In this document: in pieces, positions 1 through 11,850 of the stretch
Position numbering within the stretch: the stretch's first letter is position 1
Layout of the letters: each line of letters opens with the position of its first letter
Origin: Nemertoderma westbladi
Taxonomy: Eukaryota; Animalia; Xenacoelomorpha
NCBI GenBank assembly: GCA_032718475.1
Contig: JAUCBJ010008450.1
Location: 64,446 to 128,445 of the forward strand
Direction of reading: 5' to 3'
Length of the DNA: 64,000 nt
Made by a program: the position numbers and the translations under genes
The notes under the pieces: generated by a model
Seen by the model: only the letters and a program-made list of their open reading frames with translations
The model's database searches: none
What the model was told of the DNA's origin: nothing

Positions 1-321
1 TAGATGCTGTATTTCTTGGGTTTGCGGACCATCTAGACCTATACTGGCATTATTTTCTAGGTTATTACTTTGCTCGGTTTCCGATATTTCGGCATGTGCT
101 ACTTGTTCATTACTAACCTTGTTTAAAGTATCTCCAGATTTATTGCTATGTATCCTGTGCAATAATGAACTGTGTCTTTTACCGCAACCTGGCACTGTAC
201 ACCTATATAAATTTGTGCAGTCCCTTATTATATGATTAGGGCTGAAACAGAGATAACACAATTGTTTATTAGTGACCAGATCATTACGTTCGCTTACAGA
301 CAGTTTTAATAGTTCTGGGCA
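1..321 (-). CDS. Continuation of host BEL/Pao gag (2nd and 3rd zinc knuckles)
   Basis: Manual translation gives CYLCFSPNHIIRDC and CTVPGCGKRHSSLLH, in frame with the 8600-11019 ORF once the insertion and one TSD copy are removed. Confidence 0.88.
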
Positions 322-860
322 TGTGACGGGATCATCCGGAGATGAACCCGATTTATCCTGTTTTAGTTCACGCGTCCCCGCCGTGTGAAAGAGTGTAAGT
401 TGAGGTTACTGTTGTTCGTTATATTGTGATCTTGAGACGCGATATAGATATAGATATAGATTGATGTTATACACTGACGTTCACAGGTTGACGGGATGAC
501 GGTAACTAAAATCCCGGTACTTCCCTAATTGTAACTTACTGTACCACCAGTAACACTGAGATAACTGAGGTAATATGATTACTGCTTACTGGTTATATCG
601 CACGGTGGCCTTATTGCTACTCAATCGGTGCCAGCCCCCCTCTGATTGGTTGCTACCCTTGTTGGCGCCCTTTGAGGTGTTCCCGTTCACCCCAGCTATT
701 CTCTCCCTTGTCAGGATACTAACCCCTGACCCTTATTGTGTGCTTCTCCTTCCCATTCTGTTGGGGAGACACGAGTTGGTTTGGGACCTAATCTCGTGTC
801 CCCCAATATTGCTTATTGGCTTAACTTTGTGGGGTGTTGGCGGGATTGAATAAGCTAACA
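322..860 (-). repeat. 3' LTR of nested BEL/Pao element
   Basis: Direct repeat of 8061-8599 with TG/CA ends; preceded on the minus strand by the purine tract GGGGGGGAG. Confidence 0.95.
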
Positions 861-898
861 CTCCCCCCCATGCTATCTTCCCGGTAAGAAGATAGCAT
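861..898 (-). promoter_or_regulatory. Polypurine tract with adjacent 11-bp hairpin
   Basis: CTCCCCCCCA (861-870) abuts the LTR. Perfect stem ATGCTATCTTC (870-880) / GAAGATAGCAT (888-898). Confidence 0.75.
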
Positions 899-1467
899 CA
901 AACCATAAAGTGCGTTACAATCCCGCTGGATCCCGATCTAGCATCGGGTGTGGGGTGGAAATCTTTTCTTTTGGAGTCGGCTTTCCAGGCCGCTCCCTAT
1001 GGGTATGATGTCACTACCCTCTGGCGTCTCGTGTCGGGCCGATCGTGCGCTTCTCTCACACAATTTTTGTTTCCCCAACACTCTCACCATTCTAACTTCG
1101 CTCTCTAACTCAACTCGCTCTCTCCCCAAACTCGCTCTCTCCCCACTCTTACACTCTCCCCACACCTGAATCGCACTCTTAACTTCTCGCCAACAGCTCT
1201 TCTCACTATTTCCTCTCTAATCTCTGCCACTCTCTAAGGCCCTGACCTCTAATGCTACCCCTGTGCTATCATACTATCTACCTTATCTAACTTACTAACC
1301 CTAACTATCTAACTCTACTAACTTTTTTTTTAACTCTTACTACTTTTAGCTCTAACTAAAAGCCTCTAACTTTCTACTAACTCTAACTAGAACTCTCTAA
1401 CTTTCTGCTAAGTCTACTAACTCTTTTCTAACTCTGACTAAAATCCTCCAACTAACTCTATCTCTAT

Positions 1468-2045
1468 CTACGTGGCGCTAACGGTGCCCACAACCACAAC
1501 CGGTACTACGTACCCTCTTACTAACTCTATCTCCATCTACGTGGCGCTAACGGTGCCCACAACCACAACCGGTACTACGTACCCTCTTACTAACTCTACC
1601 TCCATCTACGTGGCGCTAACGGTGCCCACAACCACTCTACTACTAACTCTAACTAAAACCCTCTATCTACGTGGCGCTCGTGGTGCCCACAACCAATCTC
1701 TGCTACTACTTTCTACGTGGCGCTTCCGGTGCCCACAACCACTCTACCACTGCTACTTTCTACGTGGCGCTTCCGGTGCCCACAACCTCTCTCTCCTACT
1801 ACTTTCTACGTGGCGCTTCCGGTGCCCACAACCTCTACTACTACTCCTTTCTACGTGGCGCTTACGGTGCCCACGACCCCCCTACTACTACTCGTGGCAT
1901 GACAATATGCCACACTCCCTTACCCCGCCGCCTTCTAACTTACTCTCCTTCTACGTGGCGCTTACGGTGCCCACAACCCCACTACTACTACTCGTGGCAT
2001 GACAATATGCCACACTCCCTTGCCCCGCCGCCTTCTAACTCTACT
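1468..2045. repeat. Array of 9 copies of a 28-nt motif CTACGTGGCGCTnnnGGTGCCCACAACC with variable C/T/A-rich spacers
   Basis: Copies start near 1468, 1537, 1606, 1667, 1713, 1760, 1806, 1851 and 1951; the motif is an imperfect inverted repeat. Confidence 0.9.
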
Positions 2046-2203
2046 CTCCTATCTTCGAACTACCTCTTACTTCTACTAACTATTATTTTAATTATTTAAT
2101 TATTTATTATTATTTATTTTTATTTTTTAACTAAATAATTAATTTCTTGTGGGAAGGGCGTCTCGCCCTCATTCCCACCCCCCTCAGTCCAAATATTGGA
2201 CGA

Positions 2204-5200
2204 CTAAACTCTAAGCTGCCCCTCGATCTTCCATCGATTCTTCCATGAGGCACTGTCCCGCTGTCCCCCTGTGCGTCCTCTTATCTTTCCACCCACTTTC
2301 CTCGCCAATTCCAACTCATCTGGAATTGGCTCTCCCCCTTTCACCACCCCAAAATCGGGTCTCTCCACCGCCTTCTTAACTATGTCCTCTCTTGGCATCA
2401 AAATGCCATCTCTTTCTTTGTTGTCTCCCGCCGGCAGAATGAATAGAAAGTGAAAGAACAGGCAGAACAGTAGTCCTATTCCTTTCCATCCTGCCTTCCT
2501 TCTCGACTTCCCCCTTGTCGGTATGCCTCCAAACCGGACCTGCGTCTCTTCCGGACACTCCTCTGGACACTCCTCCAGACACTCCTCTAGACACTCCTCC
2601 CGACACTCCTCCGGGCACTCCCCCGGAGTGTTGTCCTCCGGACACCTCGCCGTCCGCTCCGCTCCATCTCCATACCGATGCTTGCTGGGAAACCTACTCT
2701 CCTCTGCCCACTTTCTTACTGTCACCTCCCTATTTTGCTCTACTATCTCTTGTTTCTCCTCTACTTCCTCTGCGCCTGCGGTGCCTGGTAACATGCACCC
2801 TGATGTCTCTGTCACACTGCATGGTATCTTAGTTTTAACTGGGCCGCTAAGCGTCCATCCGAACGGCGTGAGGATCGCCGTCGGGTCCCGCTGCCTGTCT
2901 TCGCCGAAGACCGTCTTCGTTCTCTCGTGGGCCGTCGGGCAGTCCATCCCTACTATAATGGACACCTTCCTAACGTCCACCTTTGGTATTGAGAAATCGA
3001 TACCGTCCAGGAATCTATACTGCTCGACCTCAATGTTGGTTGGTCGCCTGGCGTTGATGTTTATCGATTCGATGATGTGGATGGGGTCGATCGTCGCCCC
3101 ATAGTCGCATCCCGGTGCAATCGCTGCTATCCTGCACCGCCCCGCCCTCGTCTCCAGGACCTCATCTTTACTCGAGACGGTAGTCACCGCCATTCTATTC
3201 GGCCTTGTCTTTAGCCCTATCTCTTCGGCCACCCAGTTCTCCACCAGCGTGAAGGCTGCTCCGCTGTCGACCAGCATTAATGTCGTTACTGATCGACCGC
3301 CCTCTCCTGATATCTTTACTGGTACTACCCCGAGTAGTACTTTTCTCTTCTTCTCCTCTTCTATAGTGCTTGTGGCCATTGCCTGGCCTCCAGTCTCGGA
3401 CTCTCTGACTGCTGTTTCTCTACACTCTCCGTATCTGTGTCCCTCTACCACACATCGATGACATAGTCCGTTTGCGTCTGTGTAGGCTATACGATCTTGT
3501 TTGGGCAACGCTTGCCAGTGCTTACAACTACTGGTCTTATGTGTTCCGTCTCGATGTAATTGACATTCGAATCCTGGATTATAGCGTTCCCTGTATAGTC
3601 CCTCACGTATCGCGCGTAGGTTTATATGTACCGATTTAGTGTTTTGGTTGTCTGTACTCGGCCTACTGGGTATGTTGGGATTATGTTTATTTATGGTGTT
3701 ATTTTCTTTCTGTCCCCGCCACGGTGTGGCCCTGCTACCAGCTAACTGTGGACTAGCAGTCCCCTGTGTGGCCGCATGTGGTAGTGATTGTCCCACTCCC
3801 GAGAATGGGTCTGTCGGATTATATTCGGGTTCAGGCCAGTTGTATTCGGTCTTAGGTGCCTTCCCCAAACTATCCTCGCTATAGACTGGGTCTGTTATTA
3901 GTTCGGCTTCATAGTTCAAGAAGCTCGACATCTCTTCTAGGCCCGGTTCCACACCCTTCTCTTCCCGTGTGGAGAAAGCGATTTTCCTCCACTTCCTTCG
4001 TAACCAGATCGGCAGTGCCTGCGCTATCGTGGTGATGTTGTTAGACGCGTTGAGTTCGTATGGTGCGTCCAACGTCTTTAACACGATCAGCGCCTTTTCA
4101 ACTTTGTTAGCAAACGTCTTAATGCTAACGGGATTATCCTGTAGGCCACCCGTTGTTATGCCTCTCAGGGTTTGCCTGATGATCTTGGCTGGGTGCCCGT
4201 ATTCCCTGTCCAGTGCCCGCCATGCTGTCGTGAAGCCCCCTTCTATACCCTGGTATTGCCTCACGATGTCGTATGCTGGGCCTCCCGTGTATACTTGCAG
4301 ATACTTTAGGCACTCCGCCTGCGTCAAATTTTTTGTTAGTATCTCGTTGCTATACATGCGCCGAAACTGAAGATATTCTTCCGGCCTACTCCCATCGAAT
4401 TTGAATGGTTCCACGGGTGGTAACTCGATCCTTGTTTTTAACGCATCGATTAACGTGGCCATCCCCACTGCTTGCGCCTCTAATGGGTTCGATGGATGTT
4501 GCATGGTTTCCCTTGCTTGGTGCGGTCCACCCGTTCTATTCTCTGCTCTCCTCTGACTTGGGTATATCATTGGGGGTAGCGGCCCCCTCCATATTTCTGT
4601 GTCACACGATTTGTTTTCGTCCAAGGGATTCGTTCTCGCTTCTATCGGGGTATATTGTTGATATTGCGATGGGGGAATGTCACCCTGTCCCCCCCCCACC
4701 AATATGTTTGGTACTGGGGTTGATGTTAATATATTGGGGCCCATGCATTTATCCGCAATAATTCCCCCCTCCCCTGGGTATATGTTATAACCTTTGGTGC
4801 TGTAGTCATACTGCTGCACTGGTACCGGTATAGGCCTATCAGCTTCTGGCCTACCTACCGGAATGTATTCCGCGACTTCCGGGTCTAATCCCGTTGTCCG
4901 CGCTATCCTATCGCCTACGGTGCTCCTGTCAGCATGGCCTACGGTATGTGCAGTAAGGCCTGCAGTATGTCCTACAGTCTGTATGTGCTCGGAATCGAAG
5001 TTTATTCTTCTCGAATAGTCCTCCCCGCGGCTACCGTATTCTCGATCGGTAGGTACATCCCGACGGAAAGTTTCCCTTCGACCCCCTCTGCTGCTCTCTT
5101 CTTCGCGTCGGTACGTCACGTACCTCTCTCTCGGCGCGTAGTGCGCCTCGTCGGGTCGCGTCTCTCCGGGACGACGGCAATCTCCCGTAGTTCGACCCCA

Positions 5201-7992
5201 CCGACTCTCTTCTTCCATCTCAATCACCGACGGCTCACTATCCGTCCTCACTCTTCTATCGTTCGCGGCGATGCTTCTCCTATCATCTTCTCCTCTTCTT
5301 CCCTCAGTGCAGTATTCCCGCTCGTGAGATCTCTCGTTGACCTCCCGGTTAAACTCCACTGTTCTTCTTCTCTCTTCTGATCGGGCTTGACACTCCGTCC
5401 GCCCTCTCGCGGCGTCAACCTGCATCTCTCTGCTCGATCGCCCGCCGCTGGGGACACTCGCGGTCCCCCTATTACTTTCCGTCGCCGTGTGTTGCGGTTT
5501 ACCTACTTCGGCCCGCGCATTATCCGCCGACGCCTGTGGGACACTCTCTGCCCCCCCCCTCTCGTCACTAACTTCTCGCGGTGGGGTGCTCGTAGCCCCC
5601 CCCCACCCGCCACTTCTAACTTCGGTACCTCTTACTACACTCCTGTACCCTTCTTGTGGGGCGCTCTCCGCCCCCCCCTTCTCGCCGCTAATCTCACGTG
5701 GTGGGGCGCTCGGAGCCCCCCCCCACTCGCCACATCTAACTTCACTATTTCCTACCTCGTCTCTACACTTTTCTCCCGTCGACACAACATTTACATTGGG
5801 GCTGGGTCCGCTTACCCCCGCCCCTCTCTCCACTACTACCTGGCCTACCAGGCCTACTTCGGGTTGTCTCAACCCCGCCGATTCCGGCCTACTAACTACG
5901 AGGCCTACCAGGCCTACCTCGGGTTGGCCCAACCCCGCTACTTCCGCCCTACTGACTACGTGGCCTACCAGGCCCACCCCGGGTTGGCTCAACCCCGCCG
6001 TCTCCGGCCTACCCACTGCGTGGCCTACCAGGCTCACCCCGGGTTGACTCAACCCCGCCGTCTCCGGCCTACTTACTACGTGGCCTACCAGGCCCTCACC
6101 CGCCGGGCTATGTGCGTTGGACACGTCTACATTAATAATACCACTGTGATTATCCTGCGCACCAAAGCTAGAAACAATATGTTGCGTTATAACAGTATTC
6201 GGATTATTTTGTAAAATCGAATTCGGGTTATTATTTAAATTATTTGGATCATTTTGTGAAATCGAATTCGGATTATTACTTAAATTATTTGGACTATTCT
6301 GTATAACTACATCACTAGAATTACTCTGTACGTCAATATTAGAACCGTTCTGATTTAAAATAATATTATTACTATTAGGTAACGTATTTCCTGCAATAAA
6401 AATTTGGTTAGAGTCGTCCAATACAGTATTATTAATATTAGCGTTATCTACTGTATTAGTGTTATTACCCCCCCCGCTCGTACGATCACACCAGTTTCGT
6501 GTCCGTAGTGTGGTCCCTGTCAGTGGAGTATTAATAAACGTATCCACGGCCCCCGGCTCCTCTGAAATGTTCGAGCCTGCCCCTCTCTCAGACACTCCTG
6601 CCCGCGCCCGTTCCACCTCGCGCGCGTGTACAGCCGTATACTCTACGAATTTGTCTCGCTGTTTCTCTAACTCTATTTGGCCACTCTCCACTCTTGTTAC
6701 TTTCTCCTTTGACTCTCGTTTTTCCTGCTCGATCAATTCCAGCTCTCTCCTAATCCCCTCTCTTCTTCTCGCCTTACGCTCTTTGCGTTCACTTTCCTCT
6801 CTCGCCTCACGTTTCTCGCGTTCACTTTCCTCTCTCGCCTCTCGTTTCTCGCGTTCCGCCTCGCGTTTCTCCTCGCGTTCCCTTCGTTCCCTTCTCTCTC
6901 TCGCCTCGCGTTCCTCGCGTTCTCTCTCGCGTTCCGCCTCGCGTTTCTCGCGTTCTGCTTCGCGTTTCTCGCGTTCTGCCTCGCGTTCTCTCTCGCGTTC
7001 CCTCTCTTCCCTCAACTCTATCTCCTCACATTCCCTAAGGTTCCTCGCGGCCCTTTCGCCCCTCTCCCTCAACTCTTTAATCGACACCGTTTCCCTCTCT
7101 AGCATCACTCTCCCCTCCTCTAGCCGTCTACCTAGTTCTCTATTCGCCTCTACCACTACATTGAAACGGTGTCTAGCCTCTATCTCTCTCACCCGTCTTT
7201 CTTTTTCGGAGGATGTAACAGACTTATCGGTTGCGACGGATTCCCTCCGCCTTCCCGACCCGCTGGCTCTCCCCCCCTTTCCGGAACTCCCTCCGACCGA
7301 CGAGACCGAACCCGCGGGGTCAACCTCGGGTTCGCCCTCCTCTGGTCTGTTCCAACCTACTGTCTTTATACCCCGGGCATCGATTAAGTATGGCCCTAAG
7401 TACACTACCCTAGGTTCTATACTCCCATACCGCCATGAGTCATACAGCTCGGCGACCCAAGTCGCTCTCTCCTCGGCCAATCCTCTCTGCCCGAAGCGCA
7501 CTAGATAATATAAATGTATCTGTTCGACTCACCTAGTCGTCTCCTCAACTTCACCTGGTCTATCTCAGCCCCTCCTCTAGCTTCCTTCAGTTGTTCCCGG
7601 GTCGCGGCGTAGGCTCGTCGAAGTCGATCAGAAACCCCGACATCCTCGTCGCCGACCTCTCCTCTCTCCCTCCGGGTTCGGCGTCGTACCGTCGGCTCCA
7701 CCGTTGCCGTTCCGGTGGGCCGTTCGTCGCCCTCGGTCTGTGGCTGACCGGCGACATCGGCATATCGACCGCCGCCCTGTGTCGACTCGTCTCTTTCTTC
7801 CTCGAGCCCGATCTCTCTATCCTCCGGCTCGATCTCTGGTTCCAGGCGGTCCCCCTCTACTCGAATCCCCGGTTCGCCCGGTACGGATGGCTCCGGTGTC
7901 GTGGGCGTATGTCGCCTGGTCGCGGCCTCGCGGATCGTTAGATCGTCGTCGTCCGGGGTCCGCGTGGGTGTCACTTCACCCGACTCGCTCAT
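2204..7992 (-). CDS. Gag-protease polyprotein of nested BEL/Pao element, split by a frameshift near 7501-7525
   Basis: ATG ORF 7992-7501 overlaps the 1765-aa ORF. Contains an E/R coiled coil, 20-aa repeats (GLVGHVVSRPETAGLSQPGV), gag core PVEPFKFDGSRPEEY..AWRALDREYGHP, knuckles CQLH..H..C and CHRC..GH..C, protease LVDSGA, BEL-typical TPFGWTLSGP, then a hydrophobic segment and stop. Confidence 0.88.
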
Positions 7993-8060
7993 CTTTTGTC
8001 TGTTGGTGGCTGGTGGTATCTGAGTCTATTAGGCTAGGGCAGCAGTTGTTGTTTAGTTAC

Positions 8061-8599
8061 TGTGACGGGATCATCCGGAGATGAACCCGATTTATCCTGT
8101 TTTAGTTCACGCGTCCCCGCCGTGTGAAAGAGTGTAAGTTGAGGTTACTGTTGTTCGTTATATTGTGATCTTGAGACGCGATATAGATATAGATATAGAT
8201 TGATGTTATACACTGACGTTCACAGGTTGACGGGATGACGGTAACTAAAATCCCGGTACTTCCCTAATTGTAACTTACTGTACCACCAGTAACACTGAGA
8301 TAACTGAGGTAATATGATTACTGCTTACTGGTTATATCGCACGGTGGCCTTATTGCTACTCAATCGGTGCCAGCCCCCCTCTGATTGGTTGCTACCCTTG
8401 TTGGCGCCCTTTGAGGTGTTCCCGTTCACCCCAGCTATTCTCTCCCTTGTCAGAATACTAACCCCTGACCCTTATTGTGTGCTTCTCCTTCCCATTCTGT
8501 TGGGGAGACACGAGTTGGTTTGGGACCTAATCTCGTGTCCCCCAATATTGCTTATTGGCTTAACTTTGTGGGGTGTTGGCGGGATTGAATAAGCTAACA
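8061..8599 (-). repeat. 5' LTR of nested BEL/Pao element, with candidate TATA (8332-8336) and initiator (about 8302-8307)
   Basis: Repeat of 322-860; on the minus strand TATAA lies about 30 nt upstream of TCAGTT. Confidence 0.93.
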
Positions 8600-11019
8600 G
8601 GGCACCTAAATACTGCGTGGGTATTATGCCCGCAAATAATACAATTTCGAATTCTTGTTTTGGTTTGGCTTATACTCGGTATCGCATCACCATCCTGTGA
8701 ATACTGAGCCGCGGTTTCACTATGAGATACTTTCCCCTTAGTTTCACCGGATAGGTTCAGCATTTTCTTTGGATTGGTGTTTTGCAATGCAACTTCTGTA
8801 TTCAATGTGGTAATTTTCGGTCGTTGCTCTATGTTTGATTTATACTTGTAGTCCTGCGGCGGTGTATGTACTTGTCTGGCTTCTGTATTAGAATAAGTGT
8901 AGACGGGGTCATTCATAGTGTCGGCTTCTTTCCGTATGAATTCGGCTAACTCGTGTAGCGTAGGTTCATGATGCTTATGTGTGCGTATATCGCCCGCTAC
9001 GCGTCGCCAGCGGCTCATCACATTGGGGGGCAGGTTTGCTGCAACCATACGCAAGTTTGCTGTGGAGTTCATTTCTTGCGTATTATTAAAATGTTGTAAA
9101 ATTATAGCCTTGTTTCTTACTTTATCAGCGTAAGATCTAAACTTTTTCTTACACTGCTCGAAAGATCCTGAAATTAGATCGACCTTATCAGTTAAGTCTC
9201 TAAGAGTGTGTTCTACAATGACACTAGGGTGACCGTACCGGTCGTGCAGTATTTCCCAGGCTCTGGTGTACCCGCCGCTCAAACCTGAAAGGAAGGATAT
9301 TAAGTGCAGAGGTTCACCTGTTAAATAATTCAATAAATATGAAAATTTCTCCATTTCTGTAAAGGGTTTCAGGTCCACTTGAGCTCTAAAGGTTGCTGTG
9401 AAGGATATGTATTGCCCGGGGTCACCACTAAATTTAATGGGTTCAAGTTGAGGTAAGGTCAATCTTGTGTTTAGTTTGTCTAAGGCGGAAAATGTTATCT
9501 CAGCAGCAGAGTTGTTCAATTGAGTGAACTGTGATGGTGTAGACACGTATGTCTCTGCAGGAGCAAATGGTAGTTCATTACTGTAGTTTTGATATGGTTG
9601 TCTATAGCCAGAATGATAGCCCGTGCTGTTAATGCAAGATGGGTCTCCTGCTGTAGGTATATTTGTATTGCTTACGGTGTTTGTAAAGTTACATGGGTTA
9701 GAACCAACAGATTGGATCATACGGCGTGACGTAACTTGCCCGCCCGCACTGGCGATCGAAACAGATGGTATATACGCAGGACAGTGCGCATTTAAAGGCC
9801 TATTTGTTGGGCTAACATAGGCATTTATATCTGTAGTTCTAGTTAACCCTCCCTCATGTGTACTAGGCCTACTATTTATAAAGGGGGCTGGATTACGTGT
9901 AGGATAACTAAAGCTATTCGTCATCGTGTGTATAGGAGATATTCCTATATTTTCGGCGGGTGCCATATTGCGAGGTGCACTCTGTGTGTAGATTATTGAC
10001 GACATAGATGTTTCCTGAGATTTACCGACGATGTCTTGTTTTGTAGTGACTGGTTTGTGGCTTGGTTCAATATCTATATTATCTGTTAATTTATAATTTA
10101 CACTAGCATCCAGTGTACCACCATTATTTTCCTCTTCTGCCAATTCTGTAGCTAATTTTAGCGCGTTTAATTTGTCTCTCTGTTGACACAGCTTTCGCTC
10201 GCTCTCTAGATCTCTAATTTGTTTCTCACGTTCTTGGTCTCGAATTAATTGTTCTAATTTTAAGCCTTCTAATTTTTCTTGAGCTCTTAATCTGGTAGCA
10301 GTAGACGCAACTGAGCCCGACCTACTACTATTTACAGACGCTCGGTCATGTGTGGGGCGCTTTGGGTTTTTCAATGGAAGTTGCGCCGATGAAAATTGAC
10401 CATCAGTAACGCTAATAGTGGGCTTATGTAAAACATTATCTGTAATATAATTATTATTATCCACAACGGCTGCAGTTGAACCTGAGGATATAAGGTGAGA
10501 CATTTCTTGTAGATCCCCCTGGAGAGCTACTGCTAGCACTTCAAATTCTCCCTGAAGCTTATTCGCTTCATTAGAAAAATTATTGTCATATAATTTTTCT
10601 ATAAATACTTGGTAGGCTTCGCATATCCTGTTGTAAGAAGTTACACACTCCTTATAGGTTGGAGGCACTAAGTCTAAACCTCCCGGTTTTCGTATATCCT
10701 GAAAGAAAATGTTTCTTTTCTTGGAAAAATATCCTTTATGACCTGCAATAGAACGGTTAAATACTTCTAAGTCTGGAGGGTTTTGTACACACGTGGTCCC
10801 TGAGTTTCGAGCCCTGGCACCTGCGTCATTTCTATCACGACGTAGAGTGCGGTTACTGGCTTGTCCAAGTGCAGAAGCATTGGACATACCTTCAGTCCCA
10901 GTGGGTTCGTACGTGTTATGTGGGCCAACTAGTACCGTTGATGTACGGGGAGCGTCAATAAACTCACCTTCATTTCCGTCGACTTCACAGTCGTCGAAGG
11001 CCGTCAGTGTTTCATCCAT
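8600..11019 (-). CDS. N-terminal and core gag of host BEL/Pao element
   Basis: 819-aa ORF; the last ~13 aa are read-through into the inserted LTR. DUF1759-like motifs and the first knuckle are present. Confidence 0.9.
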
Positions 11020-11208
11020 CCTGAACTCGAGCAGCTCGATTATCCTCTTGAAACTCGATTTGTAAGCTGTAGTTTATCGTCCGGATCCACCACTTACAAC
11101 TGCTACTGTATCTACAATATGTATTTAACAATGCCTAGTAACCAAATATATGGTTATATTCTGATCAACCGTAAAGACGGTGTTAAAAAGACTGGTGTAT
11201 CTTTTTAC

Positions 11209-11725
11209 TGTGAGCGTTTTTTACTTTAATCGCTCTGATTCTGTCAGTTATGCGTGATTTAATCTTAATGACCGAAAAACATTGTGATAACATAATAGTA
11301 ATAACAGGAATGTTTATTGAAGAATGTTAGAATTTAATATCATCAAAATATGTTCGGTAAAAAGATACACTTCGGATTCCCTAATAACAGAATGAATTTC
11401 ATCGCGGTTGTTAGTTGATTAAATAGGTTGAGATACGAAGGGACAGGGAAGTTGTAAAGAAGAGCTGTCATAGGTCAATGTGTCTTATTGTCATTGTATG
11501 CGGTATTAGAGCTGGTGATAATTGGCGAGAGTTGAATAGTGAATGTAGCAATTAGATTACCCGGCCAAGAATGTATAGTAGTAGATATCAGCTGATATTA
11601 TAAACATTATATTATATTGTATGCTAGCGGTTGGATTTTGTGGGCTAATATGCTCGAGCTGACTTGTTACAAGCATTGTACGAAATAAGGGGTATTTTTT
11701 TACTGGTCATGTACAATCTGTAACA
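11209..11725 (-). repeat. Probable 5' LTR of host BEL/Pao element (~517 bp)
   Basis: Minus strand starts TGTTACAG exactly where RTE-like coding sequence breaks (KSIKTNSAS|) and ends ..CTCACA followed by GTAAAAAG. The partner LTR is not in the window. Confidence 0.7.
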
Positions 11726-11850
11726 ACTGGCACTATTGGTCTTAATGCTCTTTGCAGCAGCCTTCACTTCTGTAAAGGAGATATCACCAATGGGAATATC
11801 TGGGAGTACAGACTCAGACACGTTCGTGGGGCCTTCGCACAGCACTAGGC
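11726..11850 (-). mobile_element. RTE LINE fragment
   Basis: LPDIPIGDISFTEVKAAAKSIKTN, homologous to FTDIPIGEISFAEIKTATRSIKTN at about 15790-15860. Confidence 0.7.

Larger units (their letters stand above)
322..8599 (-). mobile_element. Young non-autonomous BEL/Pao LTR retrotransposon (Gag plus aspartic protease, no RT/RNaseH/integrase)
   Basis: Two 539-bp TG...CA LTRs (322-860, 8061-8599), one mismatch seen. 5-bp TSD GGGCA at 317-321 and 8600-8604. PPT at 861-870. Internal ORF has DUF1759-like gag, zinc knuckles and LVDSGA protease. Confidence 0.95.
1..11725 (-). mobile_element. Host BEL/Pao LTR retrotransposon (5' LTR plus gag), interrupted by a nested BEL/Pao element at 322-8599; continues beyond the window start
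   Basis: ORF 11019->8600 has a DUF1759-like BEL gag core (LPQLEPIKFSGDPGQY..EKFSYLLNYLTGEP..AWEILHDRYGHP). The frame resumes at 321 across the insertion: CIICGHNTHAVFRCP|ELLKLSVSERNDLVTNKQLCYLCFSPNHIIRDCTNLYRCTVPGCGKRHSSLLH, the BEL triple zinc knuckle. Confidence 0.92.

Noticed and set aside
575-853. 92-aa ORF duplicated at 8314-8592
   Set aside because: Antisense frame within the LTRs; duplicated only because the LTR is duplicated.
1468-2045. CRISPR-like repeat-spacer appearance
   Set aside because: Eukaryotic LTR context, no cas genes, and spacers that are low-complexity, mutually related and unequal in length.
5387-7508. Long + strand ORFs (275, 186 and 349 aa)
   Set aside because: Antisense shadows of repetitive gag codons; no independent motifs.
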